Shown here piece by piece: positions 19,701 to 42,869 of a DNA stretch of 64,000 bases; positions within the stretch are counted from its first letter, which is position 1, and each line of letters begins with the position of its first letter. Source of the stretch: Azolla caroliniana (Eukaryota; Plantae; Polypodiophyta); assembly GCA_043228905.1 (NCBI GenBank), contig JBHGNT010000010.1, positions 21,080,001 to 21,144,000 on the forward strand, read 5' to 3'. Position numbers and translations under genes: made by a program. The notes under the pieces are model-generated. The model ran no database searches, was not told the origin of the DNA, and worked only from the letters and a program-made list of their open reading frames with translations.

Positions 19701-22158
19701 AACACATGAACTCTTTAAGAAATATTTGATTAAGTTAAAGGGGCCTTTTAATACGGATTTATTTCAGACAGTGTGGACATCAGGGGAAATGCCTCATTCT
19801 TGGAAGATTGGTTTGATCAAGCTTTTGCCGAAGGTGCCTTCTCCATCTTCCTTTGCTCAATGGAGGCCTATTTCATTGATGGGGGGAATGTACAAGATTT
19901 TTTGCAAAAGTGATGGCCAATAGGTTGCATAAGGTTTTACCTTCTATTATTCATAATGCTCAATATGGGTTTTTAGCAAAAAGAGACATTTTACATAATA
20001 TTTTAAATTTTCAAATGGCAATTGACTATGCAAAGGAGTCTAAACAAGAATTAGTGTTGCTACAAATGGATATCGAGAAAGCCTATGATAATGTGGATTG
20101 GTCATTTATAAATCAATTGATGTCTCATATGGGTTTTGGTGATCGTATGTCTATGTTGATATACACATTAGGCGAGGGTTCAGTTTAACATGTGATGTTT
20201 AATGGAAGAGTAACACAACCGATTTCTATTCGGAGGTTAGTTAGACAAGGATGCCCGATAAGTCCTCTACTATTCACTATTCTGACACATCATATTCTTG
20301 TTAAGTTACACAATATGGATATGGAGGAAGAATTGCTTGGACTAAGGTTGCCATCAAGGAAGCCATGTATTGTTCAAGCTCTCGCAGATGACCATATTAT
20401 GTTTTTGGCACCTAATCGGGAAAATATTAGTAAGACAAGAGATGTGTGGGAATTGTCTTCAAATGCTTCAGGGTTGAGAATTAATATACATAAATCTGTC
20501 CTCATTTCACGTACAGAACAAGATGTGTTAGGGTTGGGGTGGTCATGAAGGATAGTACATCGTGGTATGATTTGTTGTCACCTTGGATATCCAATTGGGA
20601 TGGAAGTTTCTCATGTCAAACTTATTGAGTGGGTATCCAAAAGGTTGGATGATAAGTTTATGTATTGGAGGTCTCACTTTTGGCCTTTTCATGTACGACT
20701 TAAGGTGGTCCAATCTATTATGGTCTTTATGGTATCTTATTATCTTCCTTTGATCCCATGGTCAAAGAAAGCTCTTGAAATGTTGTCATGGTCGATGCGA
20801 ATGTTGTTATGGAAAAGAAAAGGGAAAAGTGCCTTCTCATGGTTGGCATGGGATCATGTTTGTACTCCGAAGCGTCTTGATGGGGCATCAATATTGAATC
20901 TATATGAGCATATGGTGGCTCGTCGATTTACTTTCATTCGATTCATGTTTGAAGGTGTAAAACCTTGGACAGAAATGGTGGCATACTCTATAGAGAAGAA
21001 CAAAATAAAGCTTGGAAACATGAAGGTTGAAGTGAATTGGTGGAATGTAATTAATTTTGACAGGGATGTCAAAAATATAGGGTCTATGATAGTTAATCAT
21101 TTGTTGACATCTTGGTAAAGTATGTTGGATTTTGTGGAATGACATCCCCCACAAGAAAGGGGATGTGTCAATTCATTAGAAATGGAGGTTTTGGCAACAT
21201 CAAGGTTGTTGAGGTGGGAAGGTAAACAAATTCTTAACCTTCAATTTAATCGGATGGCTAGATTGGGTTTGGTAACAGTTAAGGATGCTATGTTGGTTTC
21301 ACAAAGAAGATTAATGGCTTTTTGAACAATAAGATCAACATTTCGTATTCCAAAAGGTTATAACTTTATTTGGGATATGTTGCAACAAATACTATCTTCG
21401 TATGAGCCAATTCCTGATTTAGATGGGCGATCTCAAGAGCTTGATTGGAGGTTTGTTGGAAATAAGAGGTTGACTATGATCTCAACGAATGTTGCTTATC
21501 ACAAGTTGATTGACAAACATAAGTGGTTGGAAGAAAGGGTTATAAAGATATGGGGTTTTCATACGCCCATTACTTGATTGATGCTACACGCCAAGGTATT
21601 TATTTGGAGAGTTATGGTCAGAGCTTTACCATTAGGGGATGGATTAAAAAAAAGAAACATTACTAAAGGATCGTGCTTCTTTTGTTCGGTGGAATTGGAA
21701 CATAGTAGGCATCGATTTATTTCATGCCTGATGGCAATGATGGTTTGGAGGTGTATCAATTTAGTGTGGTTATCTCTAACACGAGTAAGTCTATCTTCCT
21801 TCAGTTGGGTTTTTGCACACCGATGCCTCATTTTCAAATTATTTTTGAGTTCTTGAGGTATTGGGGGCTATGGTTCAATTGGAATATGCGGAATGCCTTC
21901 ATTTTTTATTTGCAAGTTGGGGTGAGAAAATATGTTCTAAAGTTAAAAGGACTTCTTTTGTAGCAATTGACAGTGCTAGAGAAGTCACGAAATCTCAACC
22001 AGGAAGAGAGAGAACTTTGCAAGGTCACATATCATCATACTCGCCATTTGAATTGGTGTGTAGGGTGGCATTGAGTTTGGTGTCGTAGTATTCTTTAGAT
22101 CCCTTTGTAGTAAGTTAGTCATGGTGGTGTTTTTTGTTTCGTAATGAAAGCCATTATT

Positions 22159-22161
<3 letters not shown>
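16745..22161 (+). mobile_element. L1-clade LINE, near full length, degenerate (ORF1 ~17007-18271; ORF2 18268-~22090)
   Basis: ORF1 has zinc knuckle CFHCGVLGHFMAEC. ORF2 starts MKITTWNVRGL (APE endonuclease; GDFN, SRLDR). RT motifs KSPGWDG, WRPISL, QYGF, DIEKAYD, RQGCPISP, LADD, HLGYP; C-terminal CFFC..EH..H...C. Several stops and frameshifts. Ends directly in (GA)n. Confidence 0.92.

Positions 22162-22226
<65 letters not shown>
22162..22226. repeat. (GA)n microsatellite joining the L1 3' end and the RTEX-like 3' end
   Basis: About 32 perfect GA units. Confidence 0.97.
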
Positions 22227-22228
<2 letters not shown>

Positions 22229-22990
22229 ACGTTTTCTAAGGCCAAAATTGGCCCATGAGACAATTGGTTTACAACAAAATGGGGTATTTATCCAATCATT
22301 AGAACTAAAAATAAAATAAATAAAATAGAACTTAAGCTAAAAGAGTTCTAGTTGTGTACAAAATGTGGTATATTCGATAAAGGAAGTGACTTTGCACTAA
22401 GCCTAATTTCATTTCCACCCAAGCCTCTCGAAAAGAACTGGAAGGTCAAAGGGTTTCAATGTGGGTGTAACTCGTGGTCCCGGTGTAGAGAGTGCCCCAA
22501 CCATGACTTCTAGGCTGTGTAGCTTACGTTCCCTTATTTTCTTAATTGCTTCTACACCACATCGAGTTGCTTTGAAACCTAACATCCAAAGGCGTTTGGT
22601 TCTTCTTTGGTTTTCTGCTTCATCAAGGAAGAGGCTGAGTGGTGTAGGTGTGTCAACATTCGTTGTCTCCCCATGTCCCTGAAAAACTTCATTTGTTACA
22701 TGTTGGTGAATATTAGAAACATTATTGTCAACATTTTGTAGCTTATTCTCTCTGTGTTGTTTTAGCTCTAGGATGTATCTGCCCACTTTCTTTAATCTAG
22801 AGTGTCTAATAGTTTGGGGAGGGTGGGAGAGGAACCGAGTATGTCTTGGTATTTTTCCCTTATCTTGGCGTAAGTTGGACACTTGCATGTAAAGTGGTAC
22901 CCATCCTCTATCTCTATATGGCATAACCTACATATCCTTTTCTCCCTAGGGACTCCATTAGTACGACCATTCTCAATCTCAAGTTGGTGA
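22227..22990 (-). mobile_element. 3' end of an RTEX-like non-LTR retrotransposon, 5'-truncated
   Basis: Minus frame reads HQLEIENGRTNGVPREKRICRLCHIEIEDGYHFTCKCPTYAKIR, a non-LTR ORF2 C-terminal CCHC domain. The 3' UTR ends with hairpin GGCCAATTTTGGCC followed by (TC)n. The clade assignment is from motif recall only. Confidence 0.72.
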
Positions 22991-25900
22991 GATCATATTC
23001 TCAAGTTGGAGAGAGATCATTTGTAATTTAGTTGATGTCTCATATGGGCTTTAGTGATCATATGATTAATATACATATTAAGGGAGGATTTTGTTTCGCA
23101 TGTGTTGTTTAAAGGAAGAGTAACACAACCTATTTCTATTCGACGATTAGTTAGACATGGATACATGGTAAGTAATTTATTATTGACTATTGTGAGATAC
23201 CTTATTCTTGTTAAATTACACAATATGGATGTCGAGGATGAATTGTGTGGATTAAGGTTACCATAAGGGAACCCATGTATTGTTCAAGCTCTCGTGGAAG
23301 ATAATATCATGGTTTTGGCACCTAATCGAGCAAATATTAGTAAGATGAGATGCTTAAGGGTTGAGAATTAATATGTATAAAATTGTCCTTATTTCATGTA
23401 CAGAACAAGATGTATTGGGGTTGGGTTGGGGTGGTTAGGAAGGATAGTGCATTGCGGGATGATTTGTTGTCACTGTGGATATCCAATTGGGGTGGAAGTT
23501 TCACACATGTGAAACTCATTGAGTGGGTATCAAAAAAATTGGAGGATAAGTTTATGTATTGGAGGTCTCAATATTAGCCTTTTCATGCACGACTTAAGGT
23601 GGTCCAATTGATTATGGTCTCTATTGTATCTTATTATCTTCCTTCGCTGTTGTGATTGAAGAAAGCTCTTAAAATAATGTCACACTCAATATGGATGTTG
23701 TATGGAAAAGAAAAGGGAAAAGTGCCATGCCGTGGTTGGCATGAGGTTATGTTTGTATTTCGAAGTTCTTGGTGGGCCTCAATATTTGATTTATATAAGC
23801 ATATGGTGGCTTGTTGATTTACTTTCATTCGATTTATGTTTGATGGCGTACAACCTTGGATGGAAATGTTGGCATACTTTATAGAGAAGACAAGAATTTA
23901 GCTTGGAAACATTACAATTGAAGCTAATCGGTGAAATGTTGTTAATTCTGGAAGGGATGTTTAATTACATTTGTTGGCAACTTGGCAAAGGATGTTGGAT
24001 TTTGTGCGATGGGATCCTCCACAAGAACGGGGATAAGCCAATTCATTACAAATGGAGGATTTGGTAATATGAAGGTTGTTGAAGTGGGAAGGCAAACAAA
24101 TTCTTAACCTTCAATTTAATTGGATGGCTAGATTAGGTTTGGTAAAATCCTAGGATATTATGTTAGTGTCACATGGAAGATTAATGACATTTTGAACAAT
24201 AAGTTCAACCTTTCGTATTCCAAGAGGTTATACCTTTATTTGGGATAAGTTATAAGGATTACTATCATTGTATGAGCTAATTCCTGATTTAGGTGTGGAA
24301 TCTCAAGAGCTTGATTGGACATTTGCAAGAAATAGGAGATTGATTATGATATCTACAAATAATCCTTATCACAAGATGATTGATAAACATAAGTGAATGG
24401 AAGAAAGGGTTATAAAAATAGGAAATTGGTAAATTCACAATTTTTTCCGTATTTCCACAGTTTTTTTTTGAGTTCAGAAATATGATTATTTGCACGACAA
24501 ATGAACGTAAAAATTGTTTCAAAACTGTTTATTAAGATTTGGAGCATGTTCTAGCATTGTGTCCAGGCTCTCCACACTTTAAGCAATTTCGCCCCTGTAC
24601 ATATTCAAAATGAGATTTGTCCCTTCTAATTGAAGCTCCCTTATTTTTGGCACCCATTGGTCTTCCTTTTTTGTGCTGAAGAGGTTGAATATCTTGAATT
24701 TCTTTGGTTGGATCATCCAAAACACTTTGAATACGATTAATAAATGATGACGAATGAGTCTGAGGATTGTTGTACAACTCATTATGTAATCTCTCTATAA
24801 GATTTTTTCTTGGTGAAATATTTTGACTCAAACTAACATTGGTAATGGCTCTAGAAGATGCATTCAACTCTAAGAGCCATTGAGAGTCAATATATGCATC
24901 AATTAGTACTTGACCTTCTTCGACCAGCTCCCTTATTGTGTGTTTGCAAGGTAATCCCAATGTTCCAGTGACGCTTTGGGTGCAAACCTTTTTCATTTCC
25001 TCTTCATTCAATGATTTCTTGTAGTGTTTAATTATTTCATCCAATGCAAACAAAGACAACTTCTTCTGCGATTGTTTTAACAACCCAATTTTGCGTCTAT
25101 CACAGACAATCAATTTTTGACGTTCAATTTCTTTTAAAATCTCGGCAATTTGATTTTTCCAAAGCAAATTGAGATTCTTTACCACTCTTTACCACTTCTA
25201 GTAAATTTCGTTTCCCATTTTTGATGTAACTTTTTAAGATCCGATGACTACCTTCAGCACGAGATGTAGTGATAGAATTAAAATGATGTATATCCTTTAC
25301 GTAATAGGTTACAAACCTTTCTTTCCAAGGTAATCACGTTTGAAGTATATACTCATATGCGTTTGGATTTGTGATCTTGAATATCGAAAAATCATTCATA
25401 TTTTGATTGAATTCATTCACAGTTGATGAATAGACTAATTCCTTCCATCTTTGTAGAAATATTTTCCATTCGTCTTCTTTCTTGAAAATCCTTTACATTT
25501 GGAACCAACGTTTTTGTTAATGTGCCATATGCAGAGGACGTTTTTACACATAGGGAATGTCACCGCAATAGCATTCATCAGTGCCAGTTCTCGGCTTGAC
25601 GCTATTACTCTTGGACTAACAATTGAGCTAAATTCCCTTAACGCACATTTATATGATTCTTCCTGCTCATCAAGAAGAAATGCAACAACAAAATTGAACG
25701 TCTGATTCGTACATGCAATTCCCATGAAATTTAGTAAGGGCATGCCGAATTTGTTAGTCTTGTATGTGCAGTCCAAAAAGAAAACCCCATCAAATCTTTT
25801 AGCAAGCTTTACAACTTCATTGAACGCCAAAAATAATCCATTAACTCTACCGCCGTAATCCAAGCGCAGCTTACCAGTGTATTCTGGGGACGCGATAATA

Positions 25901-26324
25901 TCTGACAATGTTTCCAATGGAGATCTGCCCTCCAAAAAATCTCTTTTAACACCCTTTATAGCGTTGAACACGTTCGCGTTCACAAGTGGAAGGATCGCGC
26001 ATAAATGGAAGGATAAGGGAAATTTTAGGGGTTTTTCAATGATTTTACAAAACACATTGATACCAGTATCATACAAGTTCAAACATACTATGAAAAAGGT
26101 TAAAAATCCACTATTTTCGTGATTTAGAAGTAACTAAAAAAAGACGAATTTCAAAAACATACATTCTCAATTTATATCACAAACTTTACAACCAATGTTA
26201 TTTTATAAGAAACGATTTTTGGGAAATCATAAGAATTCAAAACACATGATTTTATATTACTCGATTTGTTACAAGCGGAATGTAGTTACACTTAATAGCC
26301 AAATATACATTCATGATCACTCCT

Positions 26325-27215
26325 TTACGGAGAATCACTACTATAACTAATATACAATGACGATTCCTCCTCATCATCCTCGGATGTACCAATCAGTGCA
26401 TTATCTTCGTCATAAACCAAATGGTTTGACTCTAGATTATATGTAGCAGATCTCGTTTGCCTTTGACTCGAGCCACCTTGTAGACCTAGTAATTTTTCTT
26501 TTATTATATCTATTGTTGACTTCCTTAATCGTCCGGCTTTTGTAAGTGTGAAGTCGTACACGATGATATCCACATCAGAGATATCAAGGGTCGAGGTGTT
26601 ACGAATGTTTCGCTTCCTCTTCCTACCTCCCCTTCTTGTTTGGCATTCAATCATCTCCAATGTATACTTACCTGTAAAAGCATTTGCACTTCTAGTGTTG
26701 TACCAATGAACATTTATAGACTTGATCGTGTTTTCTATTTCATGCATTAGCACTTCTAGAATTTTACCAACCCAAAATTGGTGGCCATGTGAGTTCTCAT
26801 CAGCCGGCGTTGCAATCAACATCCCCGCGGTGAGCTCTTGCAAATTTCCTTGCCATCTAGCTTCGGCTGCTTTGGTCATCCTTGGTCCCACATAAATGTC
26901 TCTTTGTTGTGGATGGACCAAGCTGTCATTAATCGCATTTACTAGTCGCTCCGGACTTCTATTTACGCGATCATGTTGCAACGACCATGTGAATGGCGTT
27001 TCCAAATTCCAATTATCAACAGATACACAATTGTCTATAATTTCTTTCTGATCACTATAAAATACATCCCACCATGACGTGTCTTGTTGTGCGGCATATT
27101 TCTTGGCGGCCTCAATATGTTTTCTTTTTTCTTCTAAGGCTTGGAGCCATGACCGTTTTTGTTCTAATACCAAGTCGCTCTGCAACTTGTATACTTCTTG
27201 GATTGAAGCATTACT
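26325..27215 (-). other. Foreign coding fragment inside the MULE, fused in frame to the transposase N-terminus
   Basis: ORF 27335-26325 starts as transposase (...KEILSTLKKES) then runs ~295 stop-free codons unrelated to MULE transposase. Transposase homology resumes near 26000 (PLVNANVFNAIK). Confidence 0.65.
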
Positions 27216-27566
27216 TTGGGACTCTTTTTTCAAAGTACTAAGTATCTCCTTCGGTTCAACATTAGATTCGTACATCGATTGAACTTTTATCTTACTTTCA
27301 CCATCTAATTTCCTATATTTCGAATGGCCAATCAAACTATCAGGTATCTCATGGTTGTGATCACCCGAAATCTTTCAAACATACCAAACGCCTTTTTTGC
27401 ACCCACAAATGATTTCAAATGTGCAACCTATTAGCTTGGATCCCTTTTTCCTTTTCTGATCGCCATTGCTAGTCTCCTTGACCTTTGGTTCTCCACCCAA
27501 ATCACACTTCAACTCAACTCTGTTATAAGCAGATCTTTTCATTGTTAAAACAACACTTTGCTGAAT

Positions 27567-27751
27567 GTGGGTGTGTGAGGCTCATGTTGATGGGCATCTG
27601 TCAAGTAATTATGTGATGAGGCTTAGTTGCTTCATTTATACATGATGTTTTGTTGTAGCCATTGCAAAATGGCTTGTAATATATGAGTTGTATATTATTC
27701 CATGTACTTTTTCTTAACTAATGGAAGTAGAATTTATTTATTTATTTTTGG
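27567..27751 (+). mobile_element. Short insertion, likely a non-LTR 3'-end fragment, in the MULE transposase 5' region
   Basis: Flanked by a diverged ~20-bp direct repeat, TAAAACAACACTTTGCTGAA and TAAAACAACACCTTTTTGAA; ends in (TTTA)n; interrupts the MESGYSSKEAMIEALKAEYVQKGVVL frame. Confidence 0.5.
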
Positions 27752-28641
27752 TAAAACAACACCTTTTTGAACATATTCTGCTTTGAGAGCTTCGATCATA
27801 GCTTCTTTAGAAGAATAGCCAGATTCCATCCCCCCCAAAAAACTGTGAAAATATGGAAAAAACTGTGAATTTACCAATTTCCTAAAAATATGGGGTTTTC
27901 GTAAGCCTATTACTTTGTGGTTTTATTTGATCAAGGTAGGTTGGTGTTCTTGCTTGATGCTACAAACAAAGGTATTCATTTGGAGAGTTATGGTTGGGGC
28001 TTTACCATTGGGGGATGCATTAAACAAAAGAAACATTATTAGAGGAATGTATTTATTTTATTCAATGGAATTGGAACATAGTAGGCATCAAGTTCTTTCA
28101 TGCTTGATGACCATTGACTTGTTCCAATTTCATTTCTTGGGTTTTGGTTTTGTCCTAATTCAGGACGTTGTAAGGTTTTCTCTTTGTAATGATATTTGAG
28201 CATGTTTTGTGTCCTAACTTGTGTCCAAATCGTGTTTTTGCATGTTTTAAGGACCCCCATGAAATAGGGGCATGACACTAAAAAAAGTTGTGGTTGTGTT
28301 GTTGTCCAACAAAGTATCCCTTTATCTCTTGAGTTCTAGCAAGCATAACCCCAAGCACTTTTGTTTTCCATTACCTTGCATAGTGGGGCAAAGTCTTGGT
28401 TAGAGAGGTAATATTATCTCCTTCTTTTTTCATAAAAAACAGTACTCTTACAAACATAACCTGCTTCGGATTGTACTGTTTTTTATGAAAAAAGGAGACA
28501 CAATTAGCAAACTCTTTCTTCTAGAGATACACATGGGGCCAAAGTCTTGGTTAAAGAGGTAATTATCTCCCTCTAATTTCATAATAAATAGTACATTGAC
28601 AAAAATAATGTTCTTCAGATTGTACTCCTTTATGAAACAAT

Positions 28642-29838
28642 TAGGAATCGGCAAAGGTTTGGCTTTGGGGGAATTTTCAAACTTGAAATGAATTGGCTCT
28701 TAAGCATAAACCAATTTAAGAGCTGATTTAGCCAAATTGATTAGCCTTAACCAAGTTGCGAACTAGTTATGCCCAAAACGGTTCAATTCGGTTCAAGCCA
28801 TCCCAAACTGGTTAAGGAAACTCAAGCTTGAACCAAACCGAAGCGCCAAACCGTTTAAAAGCAATTAAACATCTCGGTTCCGGCTTGAGTAGAGCCATTA
28901 TCGAATCCTAGACACAGTTACCAAACTCTTTCTTCTAGAGATACACATGCATATCGGCCTATCTCAATCTTTAATTGATGTTAAGAGCTTTGTAATGTCC
29001 TATCACACTATGCAATGCATAGGGTAAATGCATGTGCATATAGGCCTAATCATAGTATGAACCATACATATCATACATGCATTCGCATTTGAGTATGTTT
29101 TGATAATTCGAGTATGGTAAACACCCTTGAAGTATGGTAAAACATTTTTTAAAGGTGAAAAAGCAAGTTTTTTTAAAAATAAACGTCAAGAAAAAAACAT
29201 GAGTATGGTTTCATAAGTGTATACGCATTAAATTTCAAACGTATGAAAATGAATGCTTGAATAGAAGAATGCAAATATTATGTTCTATGGGACTAATGAT
29301 AAATCCATCCTTCAATTTGTATAAAAAGTGTGCTTTATGATTTTACATTTTAATTTTAAAATTTTAAAATTTCCCGTTATGGAAAAATCATCACCCTTGG
29401 TCCTTGCCCTGACCACTTCTTTTGTATATAATACTCTCTGATTTTACATTTTTGTAGCCCTCAAGCGCTTTTCTTAATACTAACGAAGGAAATCTTTTTG
29501 AAAAGGAAAAAAAAAGAAAAAATTCAAAAATTTAAGATCTTTCTTAAAATATCAAAATTAGGCCTAAAATGTTCAAAAACATATTTTAGAAATTTATCAA
29601 GTTTCAATACTAAACGGTCAAACCATTTAAACCACGTCTTCAAATTGTTTAAACTAGAAACCATTAAGCTGATAAAGGCTCAAACCGAAATGAAACCGTT
29701 AAACCCCCAAACCGAACCGAACCGTTTACAAAAACCTAAAATTGAACTAAATCAAAACCGAACCATTTCAATTGTTAAGCCATTAAGCCGTGGTTTTATG
29801 GTTCAGTTTGGTTCAAACTGAACTGTTGCTGATTGTTA
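28642..29838. mobile_element. Degenerate hAT-like MITE/non-autonomous element with AACCG subterminal repeats
   Basis: Clusters of AACCG/CGGTT at 28775-28885 and 29610-29825; imperfect TIR TAGGAATCGGCAA / TTGCTGATTGTTA; no clear TSD. Confidence 0.45.
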
Positions 29839-31470
29839 CATGCTCTTATGTTATCTAAGTTGATAATATACCAATTTGAATCATTTTACTATTTCCCCCT
29901 TTGCTTATGTTTATGGAAACAATCCAACCTATAGTGGTATGTGGGGATAGTGCATCTATGCTTGTGCCACGTAGCTTGAACCATTGTTGCCTTTCAATGT
30001 TATTGGGGACTACAACACAATTTGAATATGTGTAATGCTTTCATGTTTGATAGTAAACATGGGGTGAAAGCCTATATGAAGAAGTTGAAAGGAATTCTTA
30101 TGTGGAATTTCTAGATGTTAGAGCGTGTGGGGATCACTTCCTCAAATGCATATAGAGGTTTTCTAATGACATTACAAAAGTCCCTCTCCCAACATAGGAT
30201 ATATAGGTAGAGGTGATTAAGAAGTATTGTAAATGTGGATTTTACATACAATTAATTTAATTGTGTTCTTTTACCAAAAAACAAAGAGAGAGATGAAATG
30301 GTATGTTAATATTTTCAAAGACCATATTGACCTATGAAACCAAAAGTCACATATATGTGTTAAATCTAATTAAAGAAAACAAAACAAATTGCAATTAAAC
30401 TACGCATTTTCCCTATAATGAGGATTTGATTGATGTGCAATGAAATATGAACCACGGGTATAATTAAGGTAGAGGATCAATGCACAAAATAAATAAACAC
30501 ATACCTAGAAGAGGACAAATGTGAGTGGAACAACGTAAGGACACTCATATGCTGATCCCACATTAATGAACCATTTGGAGCTCATGCTTGACCTCAAGCA
30601 ATGATATGTGTGTGTCCTCCAATGCAAGCTACCTCTCTTATGTGTTAATCTGAATGCCAAATAAATCACACAATCAAGCAATATTCTACAAGGTGTTGCT
30701 TGTGCTTGCATATAGGTGTCTTAGCTTGACCACATGTATTTGTGCATGCCTTGCCTCCTGAGAAAATTACACAAACGTCCTTATAGGTGTAATTAGTGAG
30801 AGCACAAAATAACATTGGCCATAAAACACACAACTTTGATAACAGAGTTTGGTCAATTGTGCCTATGTCTCCAAACCTATTCTAGATCATTTTACTAAAA
30901 GGAAGAAAATATACAAAGTGGTTACAACATTCTATTGCAAACCCTCACAATATTCTATTGCAAACTCTCTCAAATTCTCAAATTCTTTTTGGAGATACTT
31001 GAAAATGAAATCTTAGGGGTTTACATGGATTCAAAATATCATGGGTTGCTAAAATTGAGGCAATAAATTTGGCAATGGTTAATTCACTTCCATTGACAAT
31101 TGCCTAAGTTAGGCACCCCCTTATTTTTAGCCAATAATGGTTGGTAAAATTTAAGCAAGAAATTAGGCAATGGTTATGCACCTCGATTGACAAATGCCAA
31201 AGTTTAAGCATGGACACAATCCTTACAGTAAGCATTTACTCCAATGATAACCATCAAATGATGGGATGGTATACACAATCGTTTGCATTGATAGCTGTAC
31301 CATCACCTCAATTATGGAAAAAAGAAGAAAACAAATCAAGGGTACTCTCATCTGGTGAGAAATAAATTTATAAGATGTGTGCTTGAAACCAACAAATAGC
31401 AAGCAAAAAAATCAGTAAATGTCAAACACATACTGCTGCAAAGAACTCAATATTTAGCCTTGAAATGCTG

Positions 31471-41046
<9,576 letters not shown>

Positions 41047-42096
41047 GATGAAGGGTATCAGGATTAGCAGAGGGTAAAGGTAGGCAAGCTAAAATGGTAG
41101 CCAAATCAAGGAGTAGTTTACAGAAAGGAAACAGAGAGCAACAATAGATGAGAAGGTATGCATAGCTGATGAGAACTAAGCATTCAGTCAGACAAATGAT
41201 GGAGGCAAGAAAAGAGAGAGAGATGAAGGGAGCAGAGATCAGAGAAGACCATTCTATGAAAACGACATAAGCATTCACAAAATCCTATCTATCTATCTAT
41301 CTATCTATCTGTCTATTTTGTTATGCTGTTTTTGGTGTGAAACAAAACAAAGTTTTGTCAAAGGTGTGTGTAAAGTCAATGATTTAGAGAAAGTCTTATT
41401 ATGTATTAGGCTTTAGCTAAGGCTGTCTTTTTTGGCCCTTGGAATCGCCCAAAAAGTACACCTCCTCTCTCTCTCTCTCTCTGCTTCCAACTCAACCCAC
41501 TGATTCTAAAACACAGGAAAAAAAAAAGTCTTTGTACATCTCACAAGTACATAATTCACAAATATGTTGACCCTACCCTTCGAATTGAGAGCCACACTCC
41601 ACATTTTACCTACATACTTTAAATGCATATTTATATGTATGTAATAGAAAATGTGCACACTCTCATCTCATCATTAATCGGTTACGAACTTACGTCCCCA
41701 TCCATCACATCAATCCCTTGGGCCTCCTCCCTTTGCAGGGTCACCACCATCCATACTATATATATCAAGATTCGATGCTCGATGACATGTATGTGTATAT
41801 ATTATAATCAAGACGAAATGTAATTTATGTGTTATTTGGCACATGAAGAGGATGTTGTCAACCATGAGTAGCTCTCAACCCCCCTAAGTGCCTAGAATTC
41901 TTTTTATGACACAAGAAGGAGAGGTTTTACACAAAGGTCCATGTCGATCCTTTGTACCCACAGAAAACTTCTTCCTAGTTGTCCCTTTATCGACCATATG
42001 ATTTTGGCTATGCATTGGTACAACTACTACACCCTTATTTTATCATTCAATTTGAGATTGGGTTGCGGAAAGGAAGGTTGGGAGGGAGACAAATAG

Positions 42097-42098
<2 letters not shown>

Positions 42099-42167
<69 letters not shown>
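42099..42167. repeat. (GA)n microsatellite upstream of RLK gene 2
   Basis: About 34 perfect AG units. Confidence 0.97.
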
Positions 42168-42169
<2 letters not shown>

Positions 42170-42869
42170 CCATAATGTACCTTGGTTTATAGGTTGTTCG
42201 ATGGAGACCACAAAGTCGTCCGTTAAATTCATGCATTTTGTAATATCATTATGCAAAACTATCATCTTTTTGAGATTTGAGCCTTCGTGTATAGTTAAAA
42301 ATATCGTTTACTACAAAGATAGTTACTGGATATACATCCATTGAGACAAAACATGACGTATGTAGTGGAATTGAGCCCATGACAAGGATTGAACGTGCTT
42401 GACACTCTCAAATTTGTGGAGTTGACGTTATAATGTAAATCACCAAACCCACAAAGAGTGACGCCACTAATAAATAAATAATCCATTATGTATATAGTTC
42501 TTTTTCTGAGCTTAGTTCATTATAACAAGAGGAAGGAAATTTTAACAATCTTCATGACTAACTTCTAGCCCTTCAATATTGCATTCATGGAGTCTACTTC
42601 ATTTTTTATATTTTCTATAAACAATTAAAATAGGTCATATTGGTTCTTGGAATGCGATAATATAGATGTTGCACATATACAAAATTTCAAGAGAAGGATG
42701 TGAATGAGGATGAGAGAGGATCAAAGGATGATGTCACGACAAAGTGACATAAAATACATAGTTAGTGAGTATTGAACCTACAACATCACATCAACAGTTA
42801 TTTTGATACAGTCTTTTCCAAGAATTTCAATCAAAGCATTACTTTTTTGCACTTCAAATGATGTCCTTT

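Larger units (their letters stand above)
24421..27882 (-). mobile_element. Mutator-like element (MULE) with degenerate transposase
   Basis: ~46-bp TIRs GGAAATTGGTAAATTCACA.../...TGTGAATTTACCAATTTCC; 8-bp TSD TAAAAATA (24413-24420, 27883-27890). Minus-strand transposase pieces: FAR1-like N-terminus (CDLGG...GC.F...HNH), DDE core DCTYKTNKFGMPL...LCIWHINKN, GLPCKH, C-terminal CLKCGEPGHNARTC. Confidence 0.92.
23017..28150 (+). mobile_element. Second, 5'-truncated and more decayed copy of the L1 family (23017-24420 and 27883-~28150), split by a MULE
   Basis: Collinear with 20102-21740 of copy 1 (e.g. TTGATGTCTCATATGGG, GATAAGTTTATGTATTGGAGGTCTCA, AAACAAATTCTTAACCTTCAATTTAAT). It resumes exactly after the MULE TSD. 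Confidence 0.9.

Noticed and set aside
22409-22924. 171-aa minus-strand ORF as a novel gene
   Set aside because: A different frame of the same DNA encodes a non-LTR ORF2 CCHC domain, so the ORF is a frameshift and 3'-UTR composite of the LINE remnant.
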